Of a DNA stretch of 64,000 nucleotides, positions 45,055 through 54,124 are shown piece by piece; the first letter of the stretch is position 1; every line of letters starts with the position of its first letter. The DNA is from Bacteroidales bacterium (GTDB taxonomy: Bacteria > Bacteroidota > Bacteroidia > Bacteroidales > WCHB1-69). The position numbers were made by a program, and so were the translations under genes. The notes below the pieces were generated by a model, which saw only the letters and a list, made by a program, of their open reading frames with translations, made no database searches and was not told the DNA's origin. The stretch is taken from NCBI GenBank assembly GCA_017962845.1, contig JAGCUN010000012.1:8175-72174 (forward strand), read 5' to 3'.

Positions 45055-46317
45055 CTATCGCACCTCCAACAAGTCGTTCACATCGCTGAGGTAATTTTTG
45101 CTGACGAATTCGCGGCGAGAGCTCCAGCGGCTCTCTTTGTTGCTCTGGATGGCGAACTGAACGGTGCCGCCCCCATCTGCCGAGTTGATCTTGTCGATGG
45201 CCTGAAACAGCTGCTGTCGTTTTTCTCGGTGCTGCACATCATCGAAGAAGTTCTGCTGCACGGCGTCGTCGCCCACGATGCCCGACACGATAACACCGGC
45301 ACGTTTGTACTGATAACCAGGTCGGTAGATATGGTCCAGCATTTTGCGGGCATACACAATCAGTTCGGAGGTATCGGCGGTGGCCACCAGCGTTTTCACA
45401 GTAGCAAATTGTTTATATTGAGGCAGTTCTGTCTTAAATCGGTCGGTGGCGATGAAAATGGAGATGATGTTGGCCACGGTGGACTGCTTGCGAAGTTTCT
45501 GAGCGCAGGACGTGGTGAAATGGACGATAGAGGCCAGCAGTTCGCTTTTTTCGGTCACCACCGTACCGAACGAGCGGCTGGTGCAGATGCTCTTTTTGGT
45601 CTCTATCTCAGCCGATTCCACGCAGGGAATGCCTTGAAGTTCCTGACAGGTGCGGAGTCCCGTAATGCCGAAGTGGTGCCGCACCCACGACGAACTCATC
45701 TGCGAAAAGTCCCAAGCCGTATGGATGGCGGCGGCCTCCAGCTTCTTACGGAACTGCCGCCCGATTCCCCACACCTCGTTCACGGGCAGCATCTGTAAGG
45801 CTTTACGGCGCTTGTCGTCGGTGTCCATCAAACAGACCCCTTTGTAGCCGGCGAAGTGTTTCGCGAAATGGCCGGCCGCCTTGGCTAACGTCTTTGTGGG
45901 GGCGATGCCGATGCTCACCGGTATGCCGGTCCAGCGGCTGATGACCCGCCGCAACTCGCGCATCTTCTGCAGCGCCACCTCCGGCGCATCTCCCTCCAAG
46001 TTGATGAAAGCCTCATCGATAGAGTAAATCTCCACCTCGAAAAAGCGGTCGGTGAGGATGCGCATCACCCGTGCCGACATGCCCGCATACAACGAGTAGT
46101 TGGAAGAGAAGATCGTGACATTGTGGCGGTTGATGATGTCGCGCACCTTGAAGTAAGGGGCACCGCGCTTCAGCCCGATGGCCTTGGCCTCGTTGGAGAG
46201 CGCCACGATGCAGCCGTCGTTGTTGCTGAGCACACAGACGGGACGGTTGCGCAGGTCGGGACGGAACACCCGCTCGGCGCTGACAAAGAAGTTGTTGCAA
46301 TCCACGAGCGCGAACAT
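45055..46317 (-). CDS. umuC: Y-family DNA polymerase V catalytic subunit
   Basis: MFALVDCNNFFVSAERVFRPDL N-terminus and SIDEAF motif. Confidence 0.85.
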   Translation of the reverse strand: MFALVDCNNFFVSAERVFRPDLRNRPVCVLSNNDGCIVALSNEAKAIGLKRGAPYFKVRDIINRHNVTIFSSNYSLYAGMSARVMRILTDRFFEVEIYSIDEAFINLEGDAPEVALQKMRELRRVISRWTGIPVSIGIAPTKTLAKAAGHFAKHFAGYKGVCLMDTDDKRRKALQMLPVNEVWGIGRQFRKKLEAAAIHTAWDFSQMSSSWVRHHFGITGLRTCQELQGIPCVESAEIETKKSICTSRSFGTVVTEKSELLASIVHFTTSCAQKLRKQSTVANIISIFIATDRFKTELPQYKQFATVKTLVATADTSELIVYARKMLDHIYRPGYQYKRAGVIVSGIVGDDAVQQNFFDDVQHREKRQQLFQAIDKINSADGGGTVQFAIQSNKESRWSSRREFVSKNYLSDVNDLLEVR

Positions 46318-46323
46318 GGCGGT

Positions 46324-46770
46324 TTATTTCAAACGGCATTTGATGGTGTAACTCACAATGCCCCACACGATGAAATCGTTGTCGGGGGTGACCTTGATGG
46401 GAGGGTACTGGTCGTTGGCGGGCTGGAGCCAAATCACGCCCCGCTCTTTTTCGTCTAAGTTAATGAATTTCAGCGTAAATTCGCCGTCGATGAAGCAGAC
46501 AGCCATACTCCCGTTCTGGGGTGCCAACGAGCGGTCGATGACCAGCAGGTCGCCCTCTTCCACGCCGGCATCCACCATCGAGTTGCCTACCACGCGGGCG
46601 TAAAAAGTAGCCGCCGGATGTTGCACCAGCACCTTGTTGAGGTCGAGACTTTGCGAAATATCGTCGCCAGAGGGCACGGGGAAACCCGCCTTCACGCCGC
46701 CATCCACAAAAAACTGCTCCATCGCAGCATCCGAGTTCGCACTGAAAATATCTAAAGTTTCTTTTGACAT
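46324..46770 (-). CDS. umuD: S24 LexA/UmuD-like autopeptidase (Pol V accessory subunit)
   Basis: VVGNSMVDAGVEEGDLLVIDRS carries the Ser nucleophile, with a downstream Lys. Lies 6 nt upstream of umuC. Confidence 0.85.
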   Translation of the reverse strand: MSKETLDIFSANSDAAMEQFFVDGGVKAGFPVPSGDDISQSLDLNKVLVQHPAATFYARVVGNSMVDAGVEEGDLLVIDRSLAPQNGSMAVCFIDGEFTLKFINLDEKERGVIWLQPANDQYPPIKVTPDNDFIVWGIVSYTIKCRLK

Positions 46771-46918
46771 ATTAATGCTGATCTCAGTTCTCTGCTTTTG
46801 GTTTTATGTTCTTCTAATTTAATGTTTTACTGCCAATATTCTTTTAGGATAAAAGTCCCAAATTGGCTTGGCAAAGGTAATTAAAAATTTCTATTCTCGC
46901 CTCTCACTTTTCAATTTT

Positions 46919-49372
46919 CTATTTCTCTGGCTGCCCCATCCCCATGCCGGCGCCCTGGCTGGCTCTGCTCTCCAACTCCATCTTTCCGAAACGGAACGTG
47001 ATGCCGGCGCTGATGGTGCGACTGACATATTTGGAGTTTGAAAAACTCTGGTAGTACGGATTCCTGTTCTCGTTCTTGTCGGCGTTCCAGTTGAAAATGT
47101 CGTTCACATTCAGATGTACTGAAATCTTGCGGTCGAGGAAGTCGGCACGCAAACCACAGTTGATGCCATAGCGCGGCTTTGTGACAAAGAACAGGCTGAC
47201 ACTCTTGGAGTTATAGTATGCCGAGGCGTGAACCTCCAACACCTTCCATAACTTCGCCCAGAAATTGAGGCGGAAGCTGTAGCCAAGATTGTCCACCTTG
47301 GTCGGCTCAGCACCATTTCGGAAATTGAACTCCGATTTGTTGTAATAGACATTCCCATAAAAGCGAATGATCATAAACTCCTTCAGCCGGTAGGTCACGT
47401 TCAACTCCCCTCCTGTGTTCATCGACTTGCCCACATTCAGCGGATAAGAGAAGGTCACAATACGCCCGAAAACGTCGCTGTAGGCCACATCGCTCAACGT
47501 ACTGATTTCATTGTTGGAATGTTTGTAGTAAGCACTGATGCCCACCGAGCCGAATCTCTGGAAATACTTGGTCCAGCCCGCCTCCACCGAATGGGTGAAG
47601 GTCTGCTTCAGGTCGGGGTTGCCCATACTGTAAGCGTCTTCCGTATAGCCGATGAAGGTGGTGAGTTCGTCGGAACTTGGATTCTGCACCCGCCGTGTGT
47701 AACTCAAGTTGAAGTTGTGCATCGACTTGGTGCGATAACTTAAGTGCAGGGAGGGATACAGACTCCAATAGGTCTTTTTCACATTGTCGGCAGGTGAGTT
47801 GAGAATGCGGTAATCGTAGCAGTCATATTCGCTTCGGAGCCCCCCCTTCAGAGTGAAATTGCCGAACTTGTGCTGGAGGGTGGTATAAGCAGAGAAACTA
47901 TAATCACGATCTACGCCATCTTGCAACCTCAATGAATCAATCTGATAGGTAGCGAGGGTGCCTGCCAATAGCGTGTCTTCTCGGTCAAAAAAAGGCCAAT
48001 AGGAATATGAACCACTGACACCTACCGAAAGCTCGCCATTTTTATGGTACGGATAGGTGTAATCCACACTGCCGTAAGCGCTACCACCTTTGCTGACCCC
48101 TTCCATTTTCTTGTCACGGTTCAGGTAGGACTGCGTGTCAAACTCTCGGATGAAAAAGCTCCTGCTTTTGTAATAATGCATACTGCCACCAAGGTCGGCA
48201 CTGATTTTGTGTCCCTCTTTTGGGAATAAATGTTCGTAATAAATCCCACCATATCCGCCGCCGCTCACACTCCGGCGTCCATCTTCAGTTTCGTAGAAGT
48301 ACACATCGGGATTATACAGATACTCTGAGCGCAGAGTATAACTTTGGCCCGATGATTTGCCCCACGACGGGTATCCGCCTGCCCAGAAGCTGATGCTGTT
48401 CAAGGAGTCGAACTGATAATCGCCGTTGAAGTACAATCCTCCCCACAACGAATGGCTGCGTTGCAAGCTGGATGCACATGCCACGGAGGAGGTGTCCATC
48501 TGCTCATTGAAACGGGTGGCCATCTGAATCGTGTTCGTCTTATAATACGAATAGTGGGTGGTGATGTAGAAATTGAGCGACAGCTTATCATTGCTCCAAA
48601 CGTATGATAGCCACGGACTCACATCGGGCATTGAGGAGCCGTAAAGTCCGAAGCTGACGAAGCTGTTTTTCTTGATTTTGGAGGTGGTGATGATATTGAT
48701 GATGCCGCCGGTTCCTTTGGCGCTGTAGCGTGCCGACGGGTTGGTGATGACCTCAATCCGCTCCAGCGCGTTGGCGGGCAGCTGCTGGATGAAGGTTTTC
48801 AGGCCCTCTGCATTGAGGCGCGACGGCTTGTCGTTGATCCATATCTCCACGGAAGACACGCCCCGGAGGGTGATGTTGCCTTCCACATCCACCTCCACGC
48901 CCGGCGCGTTCTGGAGCGCATCGGAGGCGGTGCCGGTCTGCACCGACGGGTCTTCCGACACATTATAGAGCGTTTTCTCCCCATCCACCATATACACGGG
49001 CTTGGAAGCTACAACCGAAATCCCTTCAAGGACATCACTCGTCCTTTTCAAACCCATGACACCGAGATCTATGGTGGTTTTTTCCGCCGGCACCGTAACG
49101 GAAATGTCCAGCGTTTCGTAGCCTACCAGCGAGGCCCGCAACAGGTAACTGCCAGACCGTACACCAGAGATGGTGAAACTGCCATCCGCCTCGGTGAAGG
49201 CCGCCCCCTCCTCATGCATGTTGGTGTCCGAAGTCACAAGCCCCACGCTGACATAAAACAGCTTGTCCCTGTTTAAACTGTCCACAAATGTTCCTTTGAC
49301 CGTGGACTGCGCCATTAACGCACTATAAGTCAGTGTAAAAGTTAAAATAAAGATAAAACGCAATCGTGCCAT
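46919..49372 (-). CDS. TonB-dependent-receptor-like outer membrane beta-barrel protein with carboxypeptidase-regulatory-like N-domain
   Basis: Signal peptide, CarboxypepD_reg-like beta-sandwich, plug-like region (NITLRGVSSVEIWINDKP), a long barrel and a terminal aromatic motif. Confidence 0.8.
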   Translation of the reverse strand: MARLRFIFILTFTLTYSALMAQSTVKGTFVDSLNRDKLFYVSVGLVTSDTNMHEEGAAFTEADGSFTISGVRSGSYLLRASLVGYETLDISVTVPAEKTTIDLGVMGLKRTSDVLEGISVVASKPVYMVDGEKTLYNVSEDPSVQTGTASDALQNAPGVEVDVEGNITLRGVSSVEIWINDKPSRLNAEGLKTFIQQLPANALERIEVITNPSARYSAKGTGGIINIITTSKIKKNSFVSFGLYGSSMPDVSPWLSYVWSNDKLSLNFYITTHYSYYKTNTIQMATRFNEQMDTSSVACASSLQRSHSLWGGLYFNGDYQFDSLNSISFWAGGYPSWGKSSGQSYTLRSEYLYNPDVYFYETEDGRRSVSGGGYGGIYYEHLFPKEGHKISADLGGSMHYYKSRSFFIREFDTQSYLNRDKKMEGVSKGGSAYGSVDYTYPYHKNGELSVGVSGSYSYWPFFDREDTLLAGTLATYQIDSLRLQDGVDRDYSFSAYTTLQHKFGNFTLKGGLRSEYDCYDYRILNSPADNVKKTYWSLYPSLHLSYRTKSMHNFNLSYTRRVQNPSSDELTTFIGYTEDAYSMGNPDLKQTFTHSVEAGWTKYFQRFGSVGISAYYKHSNNEISTLSDVAYSDVFGRIVTFSYPLNVGKSMNTGGELNVTYRLKEFMIIRFYGNVYYNKSEFNFRNGAEPTKVDNLGYSFRLNFWAKLWKVLEVHASAYYNSKSVSLFFVTKPRYGINCGLRADFLDRKISVHLNVNDIFNWNADKNENRNPYYQSFSNSKYVSRTISAGITFRFGKMELESRASQGAGMGMGQPEK

Positions 49373-49474
49373 AATGTAATGGGATTTTAAGAAAGTACTA
49401 AAGAGATAACGAAAGTTTTTACAGAATATTTTCTATGAAATGCATAAAATATTCAGCGAAATGAAATTTTATAG

Positions 49475-49582
49475 CCACTTTGCGGACTTATCGTCGAGCG
49501 CTGCCTTTCCGAACTCAAACGGCAGGGACAGATTCCCCACACCGGCAGCAAGAAGAGCGGCGGGTACAGCAGGTTGGTATAG
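49475..49582 (+). pseudogene. 3' remnant of a wHTH-encoding gene, homologous to the C-terminus of the 55764-56831 regulator
   Basis: Translation PLCGLIVERCLSELKRQGQIPHTGSKKSGGYSRLV* aligns with STVERCLAELKKRGAIQYTGSKKSGGYSRV*. DNA identity is clear over ACCGGCAGCAA.AAGAGCGGCGGGTACAGCAGG. An in-frame TAG lies immediately upstream. Confidence 0.6.
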
Positions 49583-49640
49583 AAAACATACGGTAGTGTT
49601 ATCATAAAACTGGGGGTATTTGTATGAAGTCGATGTGCCT

Positions 49641-52600
49641 TTATTGCTTCACGAACCGCTTGATGGCTGTTTTGTTTCTGCAACGTATTTTCACAAAGTA
49701 CATCCCTTGGGCAAAGTTGGCGACGGGAATTTGAATGTGTCTGCCGGAGGTTTGCATAGAGCGTAAGAGTCTGCCATTCACATCATATATTTCAGCTTCC
49801 GTCATGTCAGAAGATTCCTCTTGGAGTCGGATGTTGATGATGTCGTTGGTGGGATTCGGATAGAGAATGATGTCCGGCTCGTCGTTTATGTTCGCAACCC
49901 CTGTGTGAACAAGTGAGGTGTCAATCACAAGATTGTCAAAAAGAAAGTGGTGTTCCCCTTCACTTTCTGTTGTGAATTTGAATGCTATGTAATGCCCATT
50001 CCCTGTATAGGAGCTGAGAAATACGGTATCTTCCACCCAGATTTCATCATACGAATCCCACTCGTTCAAATGGAGAGTTCGAATGGGGACAAAGGTGCTT
50101 TCGTTTTCGGGATCCTCCATTACCCCGACAGAGAAGAACGACGATAGCGGACCTGATGGTTCGTACCAATACCTTATGATTAAGCTGTTTATCGGAATGT
50201 CAGTGCTAAAAGGTGGGAGAATAGCCATAGAGTACTGGGCACCTTCCGCCCCTAATGCAAAGTAATTGGGCGGACTTGGCAGTTGATTAAGAATATAGCT
50301 TGAGTTTCCTGTAAAGATCATCGGGTACACCTCGAAACCATTGGAATAAGAGAAACGGGTCCAGCACCATGGGTAGAGCTCTGATCCGTACGTGTCAAAA
50401 TACTCGGTATAAGGTAGATTGACAATTTCAGCACAACCTGTATGTAATGACAGAGGTGAAGTCCAGACGCTGTAGTCGTTGTTCCCACAAACGGTGCGCA
50501 CATAAATACTGTACATAGTATTGCCGTTCAGATTGGTGAAAGTGTATGACGTGTCCTGGATCACGAAACTTTCGGCATCCGTCCAGCTGCCACCCGCTTC
50601 CATGATGGCCACTTCCCATGTGTGGTCATCAGGAGTGCAGGGGGTGAAATGTATGCCGATTTCATGTGCACCTATTGTATCCGTGGTAACACTCAGAGGT
50701 CTTCCGCAAGAGACCCCGACAATGGCGATGTCATCCACGGCGCTGGGGGGGTTGTCGTTGTACCAAGTGTTTCTTCCCCACAAAAAATAGAGTCTTTGCA
50801 GTCCTTGGTGATGCTGATCAATGGTATAAGTGTGTCGATTCCAATTGAGATCTCGGGTGATAGTGCCTAACAGTTCTGCTCCTTCTGGGGTGTCTTCCCA
50901 GTTGGGGGTGGCCGGTGGTCCGATGAACACTTTGAAGGTGTTATCGGTACCATTGTAGAGTTGTCCTCCGCATTGATGGTAAAGCGAGAGTTCATATTCG
51001 TTGAAAGAGGGATCGAAATAGATGTCGCGATAAGTCCAGTACCATGTAATCCACTCATCTTCAGGGATATAGTTATATTGGTCGGAACCAACATAGAGAC
51101 TGTGGTTGCTGGATTGATACACAGCGGTTCCAATCTGCCAGTGGGGCGTGGCCGTAGTAGTGGAGGTCAGCCATTCCGCATTTTCATCAGCATCTTCAAA
51201 ATCGCAGGAATAAGGAATCCGTCCAAGCATGCTGTAGGTTCGGAACGACTGCTCTACCGACCAGATGCTTTCGTCATTCGCCGAACAGTGAGTCTTGACC
51301 TTCCAAATATAGTTCGTTGATGGCTGTAAACCAGAAAGTTGGTAGCTGTTTGTGTTGGCCGTTATCTCCGTAAAGAGACTGTCCTCCTCGGCTTTATAGG
51401 CAAGGGTGTAGGTCACGGACGAATTAGCGGGCAACCAAGTGAGTTCGGCAGAGTGGTCCAAAACACTACTGGCTGACAACTCAACAGGTGCAGGACAGGT
51501 AGAGCCTATGATGACAATATTGTCAATGGCCGCTGGCGGATTTGTCCCCCACGAGCCATCATTTGCCCATAGGAAATACAATCGTTGCATTCCCGAATAA
51601 CCTGCCGGATTCATCAATTGAATGGTAGTCCACTCCCCCGTCTCATTGAGCTTGTCACTTAATGCAATGGCTCCTTCTGGAATATCATATCCAGTAGGAA
51701 TGGTGGGAGGACCAACAAATAGTTGCAGATAGTCGTGCTTTGTTGAATTGTAGGTTTCTCCTATTCCTTTGAAATCGAAGGAAATGGTATAATTGGCGAT
51801 AGTATCAGGGATGAAGATGTCACGGCAGGCCCATGTGGACGCTCCTGTTGTTAAAGTGTAGGCATTGGTGATTCCGCCATCATTGGAAATAAAAAGAGTT
51901 GTTTCACCGATGTTGGAGGTGTCACTGCCGATGACCCACTGGTTGGTGCGGTCATTCTCAAAAAACAGCCAGTTGGCAACCTCCGTGGAATCTTCAAAAT
52001 CGCAGGTGTAGGGCAGGTGTGCCACTGGATGAAGGGTATGGAACGAACTTTCACTCCACAAACTGTATTCATCATCAGAGCAGTTACTACGAACTTTCCA
52101 ATCATAAGACGTTTCATATTGGAAATCATTGATTACTATATAATTGTAGGATGATGAAAATTCTATGTAGTTTGAATCGGAGGATTCTTTATAGAGGATG
52201 GTATAAGAATTTGCACCATCGACGGCATCCCAAGAGAGAACGAGGGTGGTATCCATCACATTGGCTGTCAGGTGCGATGGCTTGGCACAGCTGGCAGGTG
52301 TTACGGAGAGGTTGTCGATAGCCGCCGGGGGTTGGGTTCCGCCGCTACCATCATTGCGCCAGAGGAAATAGATTCTCTGTACCCCTGAAAAGGAGGCATC
52401 GATAGAAAATTCATAATGGGTCCATGTTGAGACCATGCATAAATTTTCAACAAAAAGAGTAGCTCCTTCAGGTGGGGTAATGATGGGATTGCTATTACCA
52501 TAAGAAATATAGGGAACGTCGGCAGGCGGGCCGACATAAATGTTCAAATAATCATATACTCTGTCTCCTATTTTTTCCCCCATCCCTTTGAAATCAAATG

Positions 52601-52925
52601 CGACACGGCACTCCTGAAAAGTGCTGTCAATGAAAATGTCACGGTAGGCCCAACTGGTGGAGGCAAAACTGATGTCGTAACTATTGGTAGTGTTCAGGTA
52701 AAAACCCACATATAGCGAATAGTTGCCTTCGCTATGGGTGGAAGTCCCTAACATCCATTGATTGTAAAAATCGGGTGAGACAACATTCCAGTTGTTCCGC
52801 TCTTCCTCGTCTTCAAAACCACAATAATAGGGAACGGTGGCTGGAACGGGATCATCTTGTGCATATATTTTCCCGATACCAGTTGCCATGAATAAGAAGG
52901 ATGAAAAGAGGATGATTTTTTTCAT
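49641..52925 (-). CDS. Large T9SS cargo protein: three and a half ~270-aa repeat modules (choice-of-anchor-J-like), three alternating with FN3-like domains, plus a CTD
   Basis: Modules start at PYYCGFEDEEE, PYTCDFEDSTE, PYSCDFEDADE and PYTEYFDTYG. Each of the first three ends QR(I/L)YFLW..PPAAIDN. CTD LYPNPTNDIINIRL... Confidence 0.8.
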   Translation of the reverse strand: MKKIILFSSFLFMATGIGKIYAQDDPVPATVPYYCGFEDEEERNNWNVVSPDFYNQWMLGTSTHSEGNYSLYVGFYLNTTNSYDISFASTSWAYRDIFIDSTFQECRVAFDFKGMGEKIGDRVYDYLNIYVGPPADVPYISYGNSNPIITPPEGATLFVENLCMVSTWTHYEFSIDASFSGVQRIYFLWRNDGSGGTQPPAAIDNLSVTPASCAKPSHLTANVMDTTLVLSWDAVDGANSYTILYKESSDSNYIEFSSSYNYIVINDFQYETSYDWKVRSNCSDDEYSLWSESSFHTLHPVAHLPYTCDFEDSTEVANWLFFENDRTNQWVIGSDTSNIGETTLFISNDGGITNAYTLTTGASTWACRDIFIPDTIANYTISFDFKGIGETYNSTKHDYLQLFVGPPTIPTGYDIPEGAIALSDKLNETGEWTTIQLMNPAGYSGMQRLYFLWANDGSWGTNPPAAIDNIVIIGSTCPAPVELSASSVLDHSAELTWLPANSSVTYTLAYKAEEDSLFTEITANTNSYQLSGLQPSTNYIWKVKTHCSANDESIWSVEQSFRTYSMLGRIPYSCDFEDADENAEWLTSTTTATPHWQIGTAVYQSSNHSLYVGSDQYNYIPEDEWITWYWTYRDIYFDPSFNEYELSLYHQCGGQLYNGTDNTFKVFIGPPATPNWEDTPEGAELLGTITRDLNWNRHTYTIDQHHQGLQRLYFLWGRNTWYNDNPPSAVDDIAIVGVSCGRPLSVTTDTIGAHEIGIHFTPCTPDDHTWEVAIMEAGGSWTDAESFVIQDTSYTFTNLNGNTMYSIYVRTVCGNNDYSVWTSPLSLHTGCAEIVNLPYTEYFDTYGSELYPWCWTRFSYSNGFEVYPMIFTGNSSYILNQLPSPPNYFALGAEGAQYSMAILPPFSTDIPINSLIIRYWYEPSGPLSSFFSVGVMEDPENESTFVPIRTLHLNEWDSYDEIWVEDTVFLSSYTGNGHYIAFKFTTESEGEHHFLFDNLVIDTSLVHTGVANINDEPDIILYPNPTNDIINIRLQEESSDMTEAEIYDVNGRLLRSMQTSGRHIQIPVANFAQGMYFVKIRCRNKTAIKRFVKQ

Positions 52926-52965
52926 TGTCTTGAATTTTTAGGGATACAATGTTGAAAAATTTGAG

Positions 52966-53199
52966 CAAAATTACAATTTCTCGGGCAAAATTTATCCCCT
53001 TACATCCAAAATGTGAACCCTCACAGGAAAAAAAGTTGTAATGAGGGTTGAAATGAATGTTCTGCGGGGGTGTAATACACTAATAATCAATATATTACAG
53101 AATAATAATTTAAGCGGGTTTGTGAGGGGATAAATGTAGATTTGTGAAGGGATAAAACGGTGTTTTGTGAAAATGTTGTAAGGGATTTGAGTATCTTTG
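52966..53199. promoter_or_regulatory. Bidirectional regulatory module, copy 1
   Basis: Contains a minus-strand -7 box (52966-52973), TTTATCCCCTTACA (52991-53004), GTGAACCCTCACAG (53012-53025), direct repeats TTTGTGAGGGGATAAA (53119-53134) and TTTGTGAAGGGATAAA (53141-53156), and a plus-strand -7 box TATCTTTG (53192-53199). Confidence 0.6.
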
Positions 53200-53223
53200 C
53201 GGACGTATTTACATTTAAAAGTT

Positions 53224-53921
53224 ATGAAGTGCTTGAAGAGAATTGCCATCATTGTATTGAATGTTCTGGTCTGCGCCATTTTCTTTATTATTTTTCCACA
53301 AACTGCTGGCTGCGCCCATCGTCAGGCAGTCTTTTCAAGGAATTATTCTCCGGTGTCCTCTTGTTGGCTTCGCTGTATATCAATTACTATCTGTTCTATC
53401 CCAAAATTCATCCAAAAAAATCGGCGATATATTGGCTGGTGGTAGTGGTTACTACTATGACAATTGCCGTGGTGGATTTTGCCATGGCTTATTCGTTTAT
53501 TATTACGAGGAATGCTCAACTTGTTGAATTTCTCGGTCCCTTTAAGTTTTTCTCAAGAATTCTTTTCTTTGCTTTTGGCCGTAACCTTGCATTTAACTTT
53601 TTCACTTATCTGTTCAGAGAGCGTCAGCAGTTGCGACAGTCATTGGAGAAAGAGGTGCAGGTGGTTTACCGAGATGTCCGGAAAATTGATGTTACGGACA
53701 AGGAGAGCAATATCAAGCTATTGACCATTGACGACATATTTTACTGCGAACAGCAACGGAATTTCACCACGATTCACACTGTGCAAAATGAAAAATACAC
53801 GCGATTGGGCTCCATGAAGCATCTGGAACAGCTGTTCGGCGAGGAGGAGTTCGTCCGCATCACGACCACCCTGCTGGTGCCGTTCCAGTACATCCAATCG
53901 TGCAAAAACAACACGGTGTGA
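53224..53921 (+). pseudogene. Membrane LytTR-domain regulator, paralog 1, frameshifted near the T5 run at 53291-53295 and lacking the wHTH tail
   Basis: MKCLKRIAIIVLNVLVCAIFFIIF (frame of 53224) aligns with the N-terminus of paralog 2. The rest (..WLRPSSGSLFKELFSG...LytTR) continues in the frame of ORF 53160..53921. Adding one T would restore a single ORF. Confidence 0.6.
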
Positions 53922-54038
53922 ACGATTAATTGTTAAGCAGATAATCACATGTGTCAGTTTGTTGATTGTTCAACATATTGATAATCAATATTTTACATTT
54001 TTATTACAGAAAATTTTGCAAAAAATAATATTATTTTG

Positions 54039-54117
54039 TTTGAAAAGTGTATTTTTGCAGACGGAAATTCTATTGAAAAGTGTAGTTTTTGGCCACGAAA
54101 ATTATTTGAAAAGTGTA
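54039..54117 (+). promoter_or_regulatory. Three TTGAAAAGTGTA direct repeats at exact 33-bp spacing upstream of the ATPase gene
   Basis: Repeats start at 54040, 54073 and 54106. The last ends 7 nt before the ATG at 54125. Confidence 0.5.
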
Positions 54118-54124
54118 AAATGCC

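Noticed and set aside
49453-49683. 76-aa minus-strand ORF between the outer-membrane barrel gene and the 1094-aa cargo gene
   Set aside because: The opposite strand carries a clear homolog fragment of the wHTH C-terminus. The minus-strand ORF also overlaps the 3' end of the cargo gene and has no motif.
53160-53921. Taking the 253-aa ORF from GTG 53160 as the intact LytTR paralog 1
   Set aside because: Its first ~20 codons overlap the conserved regulatory module and the TATCTTTG promoter box. The N-terminus homologous to paralog 2 (MKCLKRIAIIVLNVL...) is in a different frame starting at 53224. A frameshifted gene therefore explains the data better.
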